Translations under genes and position numbers: made by a program
Shown here: positions 37,655 to 51,444 of the stretch, in pieces
How the letters are laid out: every line of letters starts with the position of its first letter
How positions within the stretch are numbered: the stretch's first letter is position 1
Source of the DNA: Lama glama
Lineage: Eukaryota
Length of the DNA: 64,000 bases
Direction of reading: 5' to 3'
NCBI GenBank assembly: GCA_028534125.1
Contig: CM052817.1
Coordinates: 84,508,001 to 84,572,000 of the forward strand
Notes under the pieces: generated by a model
What the model saw: only the letters and a program-made list of their open reading frames with translations
Told to the model about the DNA's origin: nothing
Database searches by the model: none

Positions 37655-39440
37655 TTTTAAAAACAATATAATTTGGGTAAATTTACAAAAAATAAAATGT
37701 ATCATTTGATTACTTTAAAACATCTCCTGTGCCTGTCTGTAGTCAATCCCTGCTCCCACCCTCATACTCAAGCAACAACTAGTTTATTTTCTTTCTGTAC
37801 AGTTTTGCCTTTCCTAGAACTTTCATATAATTATAATTATATACTATGGTTCCAATCTTTTCTGTCTGGGGTCTGTCACTGGCACAATGTTTTTGAAATA
37901 TATCTGTGTTGTTGCATGTCCGTAGTTTGTTCCTTTTTATTGCTCAGAAATATTCCATTTTATGGATATACTGTAATTTCTTTATTGATTCACCTATTGG
38001 TAGACATTTGAGTTGCTTCCAGATTCTGGCTATTTTGCATAAAGGTGCTATGAACATTTGTATATGAGTATTTTTGCAAACATGTTATTAATTCTCTTTG
38101 GTAAATATCTGAGAGCGAAATTACTGGATCATGTGGTAACTATATGTTGTCCTTCTAAGAAAATGATAAATTATTTGCAAAGTGGCTTTACCATTTTATA
38201 GTACTAACAATACATGACAGCTTTAGTTGTTTCACATTTTCACCAACCTTGGTATTGTCCGTCTTTTAAATTTTAAACCTTCAAGTATGGGTAGGCTGGT
38301 TTCTCAAGTGTGATTTTAATTTTATTTCTTGGCTGACCAATAATTTTGACTTGTGTTTTCATGTGCTTACTGGCCATTCATGTGTTTTATTTTGTGAAGT
38401 GTCTATTCAAATATTTTGCCAATTTTTGTTTGTCTTTTTATAATTCAGCTGTTTTGAAAAATATATTCTGGATACAAGTCCTTAGACAAATATATGTATT
38501 GCAAATAATTTCTCCCAGTCTATGGCTTGGCTTGCCTTTTCATTTTCTTAAACATATCTTTCAAAGAGTAAATGCTTTGTAACTTTTACTCTTTGAATTC
38601 ACAATATAATATACAACTAGAATACATTATTTTACTCTTCTACTCATAAAACATTATTTTTATTTTTGCTTCTATTAGCCAATTATATTTTATAAATTTT
38701 TTAAAAATAGAGAATAGTAAGTTTTTTTGTATCTACTCACAGACTTACCACTTCTAGCACTGTTCACTCTTTTGAATTTTAAAAGTGTTTTTTCCCCCTC
38801 TCTGGCATCATTTTCTTCTGCTCCAAGAACTTCCTTTAATATTTACTAGAGTATAGGTCTGCTGAGATGAATTCTCATAGAATTTCTTTTCTGAGAAGTC
38901 TTTATCTTACTTTAATTTTTGGAAGATAGTTTCACTGGTCATGGAATTCTCAGTTGACTTTTACTTTCAGTGTTACAAAGATACAACCACACTTCCTTCT
39001 TGTTTATGCATTTTCTAATAAAGTGTGCTGTATTCTTTTTTCCTTCGTTTGTAATCTTTTTTTAATTTGCTCCTCACTTTTGTGATTTTCCTCTTATCAC
39101 AGGGTTTTGGCAATGTGTTTATGATGTGCCATGGTACGGATTTCTTGGTTTTTATGTTAACTGGGGTTTTTTTAGCTTCTTGGATCTCTGAGTTGTAGTT
39201 TTAATAAAACTTGGAAAACTTTTAGCCATTAATTTTAAAAAATACTTTTTTCTGTTCTATTTTCTCCTCAGTCAAGCCTGCTTAATTTAGTTACATAGGT
39301 CATTGAGATTCCAGTCATTTCTTTTCCAGTCTTTTCTTCTCTGTGCCTTATTTAAGAGTGTCTTCACATCCACTGAACCTTCCTTTGTGGTGTCTAGTCT
39401 GCTGTCAATCCCATCAGGTTAAATTTTCATTCTGGATATT
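37655..39440 (-). mobile_element. Old L1M fragments, antisense
   Basis: TCCTTTTTATTGCTCAGAAATATTCCATTTTATGGATATAC; TTTGTGAAGTGTCTATTCAAATATTTTGCC. Confidence 0.7.
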
Positions 39441-39444
39441 ATAA

Positions 39445-39840
39445 TAGTTACCTATTGATGAATATAAAATTACTCCCCAAATTAGCATCTTAAAACATTA
39501 TTTATTATCTCATAATTCCTATGGGTTAGGAATTTGAGAATGGCTTAACTGGGTGGTTCTGACTCCAGGTCTCTCATGAGATTATAGTGAAGCTCTTTAT
39601 AGGGACTGCAGTCTCATCAGAAGGCTTGACTAGGGGGTGATGTGCTTTCAAGCTCACTCAACTGGCTGTTGGCATCCAGTTCTATACCACATGAACCTCT
39701 CCACAGGGCTGCCTTGTGACATGGCTGCTGACTTCCTCCACAGCAAGCAGTCTTGGAGAGCAAGAGAGCAAGTGTGCACGCCCAAGACAGAATGCAGTCC
39801 TTTTATAGCCTACTGTCAGAAGTGACATCCCATTACTACC
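39445..39840 (-). mobile_element. MaLR LTR (MLT1-like)
   Basis: TTTATTATCTCATAATTCCTATGGGTTAGGAATTTGAG...GGCTTAACTGGGTGGTTCTG. Confidence 0.65.
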
Positions 39841-42800
39841 ATTTTGATCCTTTTGAAACTTTTAAAATCTCTCCTTGTGCTAAGTTCTAGAAGTTGCTTT
39901 CAGGCTAACAGCCACAGTAGTTATAGGCTCACTTTGTTTCCCTTTTCTTGTACTGCTTGTTGTCTAATATCTGACAGTGGTGGTTTCATGTAATTTATTC
40001 AGTTTTTCTGTTTGCTTATGGCAGGACCCATAGCAAGTCCCGTAGGAGTTACCACATTCATCGGTAGAAACAGACTTTCAGGAACTGTTAGGTCATGCCA
40101 CACCTGTGCTCAGCAATACGAAAGGCTTGCCGTCTCAATCATTTATTTCTCAGACCTCATGTGTAATTAGTCTTCCTCTCATAGTCTCCATTCCAGCTTC
40201 ATCAACTCCACTGTTATCCAAATATGATTAGCACTGTCTTGCTGCAAGATCTTTGTTCTCACTAGTAATGCTATCTAAAACACACATTTCCCCGGATGTC
40301 TGTGGGACTAGTTTCCTCATCTGAATTTAAATGTCTGCTTAACACACAGGCTTTCTCTGACTGTGTCATATAAAATAGCAACTTCTTGCTCATTCTTTAT
40401 TTTGCTTACTCTGATTTATTTTTGTTTTAGCACTTATTGCCACCTATCATATTAAACATATTTTAATGTATGTATATTCCCCTCATTCAAGTATGACCTC
40501 CAAGTGAGATATTCCTCAGCATCATGCCTGACAAAGTAGGAACTTGACATATTTCTTGAATAATTGAACATGTAGCAGATAGAAACTTTGCTTTTATAAC
40601 AGGAGTAAAGAAATATTACATTTCATTATTTATCTAAAACAGATAATCTATTCCCAGACCACACCTACCTTGTTGACAGGATACTCTATCAATCATGTTT
40701 CAAGTGTCTTTTCACTTTTCCTGGGATGCTTTAAGAATTCTGGGAGTCTTGCTTAGTGCAAAATATTTTTGGAAGGAAGGGTCCTCTCTTCTTTCATCTA
40801 CACTGGTTACCATTATTAATTTTATAGTACAAACCACAATATTCCCTTGAACTCATGACTCCACTGCTTCTTGTCCAAGTTTGGACACAGAAATCTTTTA
40901 TTCTCCTCAAATTTCCATCCCACCCAGTCAAAGGCTCTGTCACATCCCAGGGCTCTGCATAGGAGTGAGGCATGGGTTCTCTACCTCCATACAAAATCTT
41001 TTAATTCCCTAAACCTCTCTCTATAGTTCTCATTCAGAAAACTCTCCAAACACTCCCTTTTTTACAAATTGAACACTTCAGTGCCTCTGAGCCTAGTCTT
41101 ATCTATCTTTCCATACACACACACACACAACTGGATGTGTTGATTGAATTCTAGCTTCCTGGTAACTTCTGCTTTAGGCCCTGCAGTGCAAGAGTGAAGA
41201 AGTTCAAAACTGTATCATATAGGCTGACCATATTTTGGTTAGTGGGGAAGGAAATTACCACTTTTTTTTTCAGTTTTCTCTCACAGAGTGGACAAATCTA
41301 AATTAGTGTCCAATAGAGTAATTTGCCCAAACATGAGTGAATTAAATCGTTTTTCTTAGAACATTGCCACATCCTATCCAACCTTCAATGTTCTTGTTCT
41401 GTTGCTAGTAAACTCTCTTCCCCCAAATTTTGTAAGCTTTATTTCTGTATATCTTTCTTACTGCATTTTATCGTTTTTGCATTTTGATTTATCTATTCAG
41501 TTATCTCTCAACTAAACTGTGAGCTTCTTGGGAACGTGATTAGTGCCTAATTTGCTTTTTTCCCACTGCAGTATAAGCTAAATGCTTTGTTTCAATAGGC
41601 CCTAGAAATAGTTTTGAATAAATGAAAATAATTTAATTAATGACGATCTGTTTCCTAATGAAGATTTTAGTGCAAGAGCTACAACAAATATCATAATAAG
41701 GCTAAAGGCTGATTGTAAGTTAAGAGTTGCTGAAAATACTTCCCCTAGACTTACGCAAATAATGAGAAGATAAACGGAGAGTTTCCCTCCATTAATAACA
41801 CTTTCATAATGTTTTAAAAGAACAAACAATATTAAGAGAAGTAAGCATTGACTATATATTGACTATATAGTGGCCCTCTCAGAGTTAAGCTGTGTGATAT
41901 TAGTCTTGCCACCTTGTTCTGACCATATATTTGCCACACTGATCTGATATCATTACCAATAAATGAACACAACCAAGGACAGTAAACATTATCATAAACT
42001 TTCTAGTAAATAATGAAACTTAATGCCTTAACCTTGATAAGATATATTAAGGTATAAATAATGTTCAAAATGTATTTTTGTTTTAAATTTTTTAAAATGA
42101 AGGCAGTCTTGATCCTAATTCTTATTGCAGCATGCTGTTGAGTCCCTGCATGCTGCTCTTTACCAAACAGGTATTTGACTCAATTATTTAATTTTTTAAC
42201 ATTTTTCAATTCTGCGGGGATGTGACCATTTGTTAGAGAGGGTGGTAATTCTTCCTGTCCTATAAAAACTTTGAGTGTTTTTTTTCTTTTTTACCATGTG
42301 TTTACAATAAAATTGGTGCAGTAAAATTTCTAATAGGTATTACAGAAAATGGAACATATTGGTTACACTAGTAAATATTTCTAATTACTAGAGTTTCAGA
42401 TAAAGTTTTATTGTGAAAGAATTACACTTAAGTGGTTGTGAAGTTGGAGTAAACTTTTTCTGGAGCATGTGTAGAAAATTCTAAAAGAATTTTATTTCAA
42501 AAGATGAGAAAGAAAGCTGGATGCCAGAAGTCAATAATTAGAATTGGCTGGAACTGTTGAATAATGTCCAGCATCAAATCTTGTATTCCATGGGACATGT
42601 AGATTGGTATGTGTAAATCAGAGAGGTTTGATGTTCTGTAAAAAAAATTCTACACTAAAGTCCAGTAGTTTGAGTCAGAACTGGAGCATATTTGTTACTT
42701 TAGATTTTATTTAAAACTATATGTAGACTCAGGAAGATAAAGCAAGTATGTGACATGGAAAGAAAGACCTTTTATCTAGAAGCCTAAAATAATTTAAAGT

Positions 42801-43664
42801 TATCTTGTTTTTTGGGGGGAATATTGGGAGTCCTTCAGAAATATTTTCCAAGTTAAAAGTGATCAACTAATAGTTTCAGGTTGGCTTCAGAAGAGTAAAC
42901 AAGAGTGAGCGGGCTTTATAGCTCAGATGTATTTGTTTGCAAATTATGACAGTTCCTTCTGTCTATCTTCCTCTTTAAGTACATAGTATAAAGCTACAAA
43001 TCATGAATAAGCATTTAGTATTGAATGTATTCTATCCAAATATGAAAATATGTCTCTGTTCTCTAAGTTTTTATAAAAAATGTTACCATATTATAGCCTC
43101 CCTCCAACTCAGATTCACATAGGACAAAAAAATCGATTGGGTGCTTTGAAATGACCTGTTTTTCTTTCTCTGAGCTCATGGCTTCATATAAACATAGGTT
43201 GCAAGACTTTCAGAAATTCATGAGTACTTCAATTCTTCAGGGATTAGAAGTTTTTAATAATTATTTTACCTTCTTTTTGTTCTTTAACAGATGTTTTCTT
43301 TTTATTATTCATCTGTCCCTTTTGTTTTAAATTATGTATTTTTAAATTTCCTGTACTAATCTTGAGCTTTTCAGCTAAGATTTTCTAAAAAAATTCCAAA
43401 AAAAGCAAGACAAAAATATTAACATATATTTAATTGTAATTGTTTATTGGATATTCAAGGACTTGGAGACAACTTTGAAAATTGTTTACAAAAATCTCCA
43501 TGCCTGTTTACAAAAGTAATCAATGATAAGGAAGTAGTTGCACCAGAGGGAACATTGTTAATTTTATTTTACAAGCACATATAAACAAATGTTATATACC
43601 ACACTATATGCAGGATACTGTACAAAAAATTCTTAGTATATACTAAGTATCCCATAAATGATAA

Positions 43665-43835
43665 TATTTCATATTTATTGAACACCTACTACTTGCCAAG
43701 TAGTTTATAAGCATTTTCTCATAGTTCCTCATAAAAACCTTATCAGGTGAGTGTTATCATCATCCCTATTTTATAGATGAGGAAACTGAGGTTCAAAGAA
43801 GTTACATAATTTGACCAAGATCAAAGAACTGATAA
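43665..43835 (-). mobile_element. MIR
   Basis: CATCCCTATTTTATAGATGAGGAAACTGAGGTTCAAAGAAGTTA. Similar MIRs lie near 29050-29260, 53830-54030, 54440-54650, 57400-57625 and 59280-59495. Confidence 0.8.
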
Positions 43836-46800
43836 ACATAATGAATAAAATATTAATGCCAATGACTATGTATATAGTTTGCCTGAAATTCACTTCTCAG
43901 GAACTGAATTTGTTCATTGTGAAAGAAAATTTTAAATACCAAGATCTCTAGTTTTAGTAAAATTATATTATAATACCGTAAGAGAGATCCACACATTTCA
44001 GTTGCTTATAATCTGGAAACACATGATTGTGAAGTAAATGAAATGATGAGTACCAGGCTAGGTTCCACCACAGGTGCCAGGAGTCCTACTGGGCCACCGG
44101 ATTCCATCCCTATCCTGGCTCTTGCTGATATCATATAGCAACAATTGTTTGTGTCAATTTAATTATTTGGGGTGAGGCTTCAGATCTTGTGGCTTTTTGG
44201 GATATTCCAGTTAATTGGCACCGTTTCCTTGGCCTAATCCAGGGAGACTGGCCACAAGAATACTGCGGAAACCACCTTCTGCCTGTTGTTTTCCCAGATA
44301 GCTTTGCCCTATGATCTCATCTTCTTTGCTTCACACCTTCTCTGTATCATCACTGTATTTCTCCTCCTCTCCCACATATAGCAGAACATAAAACTTTAGC
44401 CTGCTTTCATTTGAGCAGGGAGGATGGCTAGGGAGAGGAGAAAACCCAGCAACCAATCCTTACTCAATCCTATACTCAAATTTGCTTTGGGGGTTGAAGG
44501 TGTTAAGGCAGGATTTTTCAGTTCTTGAAAATTAGGAAACAAACAAAAAGTCTTCTTTTAATACAAAATCTTGAATTTTAAATAATCATGGCATTCACTA
44601 ATACTTTTATTTTCCTTTATGTAGTCTTAATATATTTTTGATTTAATATATTGACCACCTTTCATTTATATTACCATTACACATTGTTAGCTGGCTGACT
44701 TGAATAGGGGAGGGGGAAAAGCTTGTTGTCTTGGAGAATGTTTTTGCCATTTCTGTGTAACCCATATTTAACTTCTAGAACATTAATTATATTTGCAGCG
44801 AGGTGAACAGAAAGTGTTACAAGGGCAGTCAAACTTCATGTATTAGGGATTAGCTGGTGGCCTTTGAGAGTGCAGAGAATGCACAATTGTGCTGTGTATT
44901 GCATGCTACTTTTCATTAATGCCTTTGAAGCAGCCCTAACGATGCTGAACAGATGATTGTATCTCCTTTAAATTTTTCCTCTTTTCCCCCTCCAATTGAC
45001 CCCATGCTTCAAGTCATAAAGTATTTCACTGCCTATTATTGCAAAAGCATTTTAACTAGTAATTCCAACGGAACAGGTCACTTTTAGTGGCTCTCAATTG
45101 TACTTCTTGAAACTTACAATAGCACCGTAGCCCTGTGCTAATAGCTGATGAAATAATGGAATTCTAAATAGTTATCCAGCAATTTGATCCAGAAATATAA
45201 TTATATATACAAAAACAAATCAATTTCAATTTAATGCAGGGTAGTTGGTATATACTTTTATATACACTTTTATATATGTTGCAGAAGTCTTTGTTAAAAC
45301 ATATAAATACATTCATGAATATAAGTAAATTTGACAGTTATCCCAGCTGAACCCTGACAATTTGCTAGAATTATTTTTTTATAATTATTATATACTCATA
45401 ACTTAAAGCTTGGATGTTGGACTCTCACCATCAAGTAATTCCTGAAATGGCACTTAGAACCATTTGCTCACAGTATTTTTCTAGGACATTGTTTCTTACT
45501 GCTTTTTGCCACTAGATGGAAGAATCAGGTTAACAAAATGATATTTTTGCTGCTTTATTCAACTCTACCCAGAAACAACCACAAGACTGTGTTTAAAATA
45601 ATGACAGTCTCAGCATTCTTTTATTTATATATTTTTACTGCCATATTTCTTTTCATATAAATACTGGATGTACAAATTATATTTATTTCTATATTTTTTA
45701 TGGAGATTAATTTTCTTATCATTATTTTAAAGGAGTCAAATTTTCAAAAGTAACCAAGAAAGAGAACAACTGCCAGCTGGAAGAGGAGAGGTAAGAATTA
45801 TATAAAAATATTGGTAACAGGTACGTTGCAGTGATTTTTCACATGTGTTATTATGCAATAAATAACAAGCCTCATTCATTTAATTATTCTTTTGTGCCAC
45901 AAGTGCTTGCTGAGCAGTTGGCACCTTGAAGATACTAGACTACATGCTGAGAAGCACACAAGGGATGACTTAGGTACAGCAACTGTTTATAAAATTTTTA
46001 CATTCTGTGAGAGCTAAGCAAGATGTAAGTCACACTGATTTATGTGTACATTTAAAATAAGGTAGAAATGGATAAATATTAGAAATACAGTTGTAATATT
46101 TTGGACATACAGTGTGGGTGGGGAGAGTGAGTTTTGAGTATCACTTTCATCTGAGAAGATCAGGGTCACTTCATGGAGAAACTGGGATCTAAATGAAGCC
46201 TTGACTTGAGAGGGGCAGAGAATGGCATTCTAGTGATAGAGGCAGAATGAACAAAGGCACAGAGGCAGGAAATACCAGTTTAAAAACATATTTAATGATG
46301 AAAGGACAGTGCATTTTAAAAAGCAATTTAGATATTTGTATGAATAGAACATTGTAAAATGTATTTTTTGAGCAAATGTTAGCAGTAAGAAGTGTCTTTA
46401 CAAGCTAAAGCACCAGGTAAGGGAGAAGTGTGGGTATTCTGGAAAAGTAAAGCTTCCACTTGGAAACAGAAGATCGCTCAGGTGAAATAACCTGGAAATG
46501 GGAATACTAGCATCCATCTGATGCCAGTGTTTATCAAATGTAAGCTTACTGGGCACGTGGGTCTGTAAGTTGATGGGAAGACTCCGTAAGAGAATGATGA
46601 ATTCTGACTTATGAGGGCAGCTGCCTGTGGCTTCTATGCCCCTTCAGGCCTTTACACATGTGAGAAAGGCGACTAAAGTGGTAAACAGTGTTATTTGACT
46701 CCAATAAAACAGTGTTTAATCTTAAAAACAACACATAATAACAGTACCTTCATACCTTGTGGTTTATTGATACGAATGATCAAAGAATTCCATTCCAGCT

Positions 46801-49800
46801 GCTGAAGGCAATGAGCTTGAACCCTGGTATTATGAGTGGCTATAAAATTATCCAGCTTTTAAATCCAACCACAGAATTTGATTTTATGACCTCCTATGGA
46901 ACTGTAGCTACAGGTTAACTAAAGGTTATGAAGTAATATTTCCTATTTATGATTCTGAATTCACTGCCTTGTAATTTCAGAGATCACCTTGTTCTACAGA
47001 GGGACAAGCTTTATGGTGTTTTAATTTTGTATAGCTCAGTGAAGATCTTGCAACTTTTTATTTTCCAGATTCAGATTCTGTATTATTTTGATAATATTAT
47101 TTGTATCTAGATCATCACTATTTTAATTGCTAAAAATGTGTGTGGGAGATCTTATATAATTTTAAGCCTTATTTTCTTATTTTGTTCTATGCCTTTCTTA
47201 TAAGTAAAGCATAATTAAAATTTAAAATTAAATAGTGTTTTATATCTTGAGAGTAAAAATGTTATACATTTAAGTCCTATCTAAATTTGATAAATGTGTG
47301 TCAGTACATAGGATTACTAGATTACCTAGTATATATGTACATGTATGCTTTTATATATTTATATTTCAGATGTTTAAATTCAGATTATGAATAGCCTCAC
47401 CATTTTGTTCTACAAAGCAACTTTGCAGTAATAGCTAAATATATGCATATTTTCCCAAATTCAAAATAACAATCTCAGTGATTTTAATAAACATATAAAA
47501 TATTAACTATGTTTAGATCTTATTACGTAAAGCTAAAAATTTTATTGTTTTTGACACTTCATATAGTTTATAAAACATAAGCTGAGTCCCCTACAAGGAG
47601 AATGACATCAGTTTGATTTTATAACTTTTTTGCCCATCTACAGTTAAATCTTAAAAAAAGAGTCATAACTCAGTGGTAGTAGTATTAGATCTAAAAAAAT
47701 ATATAACTTCAAAGGTATTTATCAGAAGGATAAAAAATGGCTATAGAGGCCTACGTAAATTACTGGCTCTCTTTTAGGGCTTTGTCTGCATAGGCAAGGT
47801 AGAGAATAGAGGTACTTATTTAACAAGAGCTGGGCATAAATTTTAAGCCCTGTAATTGAAGAAATGATACAGTAAGCAGTTTGTAGTGTGGTTACCCAGA
47901 CTGTGTATTTACATTGATTCTATCGACGCAACATAATTGCATTAACTCTCTGTAACTCTTTACCCTTACAGATGTGGGTAAGGAATCTAGAAATAAAATT
48001 CTCTAATCTTTGATACAACCTGGTCCTACCTTTAATACAGCTTGGTTTCCTATTATTATCACTTGAAAATTTTTGGTGATTTTTCTATAGAGAATTTTTA
48101 AAAAGAAATTTAACAAGAAAAGTTTATATAGCTCAATAAAACATGCCCATTAAAAGTGTTACTTGCTCTTTTATTGACTTTTAGAAGTTTATTTCTTCCA
48201 GTTTGAAAAATGTAGGAGTCTTTCAGGTGTCATAGCATTTGAGGCCAAAAAACATCTCTCTGTTACTACAGGTAGTGTAATATTCCTTTGTGGAAGCCTG
48301 ATTAAAACAAAATGCAACAAAGCTCATTGGTCCAAATTCTGTCCTTGGTAGTGCTGGCATCAGTGGGAATTTAATAAATTTAACAGAAAGCAGACTTTAA
48401 GCAGCTGAGAATGTGGTAAACATCAAGCTGTTTTAGAAAGAGGAGGGGCTACATCTTAATTATATCAATAGTTGAGCATAAGGATATCTAAAACTGTTGT
48501 GTATGGTATTGTGGGGGTTTTGTTTTGTTTTGTTTTTTGCATTTAAGATTTTTTTAATAAATATCTCACGTCAGAAGTTTCATACCAGACAGTATTTGAA
48601 TACTAGAATAAAAAACATGTGATTCTTGTCTATGCATATTAACTTTATTTGTCCTATAAATTTTCTTGTTGGCATTTGATATTTCTAAACTATACAACAA
48701 AACAACTAAAATTTCCTACAAAATTATGATAATTTTGATATTTTGAAATTTACTAAAGATGTTATTTTTATTGAAATTTGCAAAGTGCCAGAAGAATGCC
48801 TTTGACTATTTTGGGATATTAGAAAAAAATGTGATCTATTTATAAGAAAAGAAAAAAAATCCTTAAACATAATACATTAAACAAATTGCTCCAACTCTTT
48901 TTCTAAGCAAAAGTAGCTCAGAGCTACACATAATTTGAGAATATTTAAGAAAAAAAGAGTTATCATCGCAGTGAGTGTATGGAGTTTTAAACTTTACAGA
49001 TTAAATTTCCTTTGCTTTTATGATGGGGTAGTTTTCTAAATGGCTGTTTAAACCTATAGCATTTAGTGCTTATAGTAATTTATTCCTGGCTCCAAATTTT
49101 GCTTTCTTTTCTTCAGTCAGAATCACTTTGGTTAATTTTCTTTACATAATCAGAAATGAATAATTGAGAAAGCATGAGTATTTCTAATGCTGGGAGATTC
49201 AAGAAGTATTATGTTGTAGATAAGGAATAAAGAGTTCCATTGTTACTTGAATTGAGTTCAGTTGTATTCTTTCAGATCCTTTTCTCTTACAAACATTTCA
49301 CAGAATCATTTGAAATAAAGACTATAACTTTGAAAATAAAAGCTTACCATTGTAATTAGAGGAAATTGGAATAGAAAAATAAATTTTGAATAAGACTTCA
49401 AATTTCTTATTTTTGTTCTTCTATACATCCTTCAGAGTAATTCTTCTGAAACATAAACCTCATCAGTAAATTCTCTGCTTAAAACCTGACATCAGTTCTA
49501 CATGACTTCAGCATAAACTTTAATGTTCACTCTCAGTATCTGCACCCCCTCCTACCAGTGTCATTTCTCTCACTATATCCCCCACCTCCCACCATGCACC
49601 TTACATTCCGTTTATATCTGATCTCCTGTCTCCTTTCAGCTTTCACATGGCTCTGTGCTTGCGATTAAGCAATTTCCTCCATTTATAATACATTTGTTTC
49701 CTTTCCTCTCCTATTCCTACACATTTTTCAATTGTAACTTCTGTGAGGTCTTTGCATACACGCTCTACTCTTCCATTTCCTGCCGTCAGAACTAGAGGCT

Positions 49801-50483
49801 CCCTGCTCTGTGCTTGCACACTTCTATTAAAGCACTTTCACAGTTTTCTCATTAGTTGTTCGCAGTTTTCTTTTCCACTAGATTGTGAGTTACCTAAGTG
49901 CAAGGGAAGTGTCTTGTTTCCATAGTTCAAACGTCTAGCACAGAAAAGGCAGATAGTGGTTATACAAGAAATACTTGTTTTATTAATTGATTTACAATAA
50001 GCATCTAATGAGTACCCAGGTAAGAGCAGCATTCTAATACATTTTGGGGGATAGTCAGAAGCTAGTATAGGATGTGAATAAATGCTGAATAATTGTCGTC
50101 ATTATTTTCAGTTCTCAAAAAGCTTGAAATTGAAGTAGGCAAGATAAACATCCAGAATAAACTATCCAAGATAGGTATATTCAACATATGCATTTTCCTT
50201 TCTTATGCAACCTTAAGTCCCAAGAAGCATTTTCCAACTACTGCAACCTATATTTATCTCCGTGTTTCTGTTACTTTTCTGTGTTACCTAGTCAGGTTCT
50301 AAATCTATGCTTCACTGACTGTTCATTAGTTTTTGGATGTACATTTTGTCTTTCTTTCTGATTATAAAGATTATATGGTCTTTTAGGCAGGACAGGGGTT
50401 ACATTGTCTACTTTGAACTTTATCTGCAGAACCTAGTGAGAAGTGGCATACATAGTACGTCCTCACTGATTATTTGTGGAATG

Positions 50484-50960
50484 TGTAGGGGTACAGAATG
50501 AACCTCCTCAGAATGTGTCACTTTTGTATGAAGATTATTTTGAGCTGGGGTTAGTCGAGTCCCTGCAAGTTCAAGAGAAACTATTGCCTCTCCCTTAATT
50601 ATCTAAAAGAAATTAAATTGGAAATTTTTCCCAGGAAAGAGTTATTACCAGAGATAAATTTTATCTAAGTGGCCACATGTATATGGCAGGGCAAACATCT
50701 AACTTCCAAACTTTTCTTCTTAACATCCTGTGAATAACCCTCCTATCCTTGGAAACCTGGGGCCCCATGCCATCCCTTAGCTCAGGATGGCATCTTTACC
50801 TCATTTTACCCTTCTGTCTTAGAATCTCTCATGTAGGTAGAGTTCCTATATGTGCCAAATTAAATTTTATTTTCTCCTGTTAATGTCTCATGTCAGTTTA
50901 ATTCTTAGACCAGCCAGAAGAACCTAAAAGTGTAGAAGAAAGTTTTCTTCCTCCCCAACA
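50484..50960 (+). mobile_element. Solo LTR, ERV1-like (MER34/LTR39-type), with a 4-bp TSD
   Basis: AATG|TGTAGGGG...CCCCAACA|AATG; TG..CA inverted ends; ATTAAA near 50859; inserted into an L2 tail. Confidence 0.8.
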
Positions 50961-51263
50961 AATGAATAAAAGCAAATTCACATCATTAAACACTGTAAAT
51001 ACTACAAAAATAAATGAACTTGTGTATTAAGTCACAAAAAGCAATTCCTCTAAATATTTTTTGTATGAATTTTGCTATGGGTGAATACCACACAAAAACG
51101 TTTTACTGCAATTAAAAGAAATCTTTAATATGTAATGAGATGTTGATTGCCTTGATATTAGTAAAAGATGTTATTTCAGTTTAATTTGATCGAGACCAGG
51201 GGAGCAAGAAAAACATTGCTTCACTTATATCATGGCATTTGCTCTTCTGTTTCATTTTGATAG

Positions 51264-51444
51264 TTGGAATATAGAATTACCACCACATGGGACAGTTTAC
51301 CAGTGCTGCAAAAGCCTATGACTCCCAAGTTTAGATCTGGGGTCCAAGGCTTACTGATGGACCTGAATGCTCCTTTCTTTGATGATCCCCCAGCACCACA
51401 TTGTGAAGCAGGACAACCTTTTGATGGACTCTGAAAGTATGAAG
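51264..51444 (+). pseudogene. C4orf33-like paralog, exon equivalent to coding exon 1; in-frame TGA at 51432-51434
   Basis: TAG|LEYRITTTWDSLPV...APFFDDPPAPHCEAGQPFDGL*KYE G|GTGAGA; 181 nt like the C4orf33 exon; 26/60 aa identical without gaps. Confidence 0.9.

Noticed and set aside
45509..45522. CTCF-like CCACTAGATGGAAG
   Set aside because: Partial match lacking the 3' GGCRC end; cannot be supported without data.
51432..51434. TGA as selenocysteine or readthrough in the paralog
   Set aside because: It aligns to Trp (TGG), not Cys, and the next exon is independently frameshifted.
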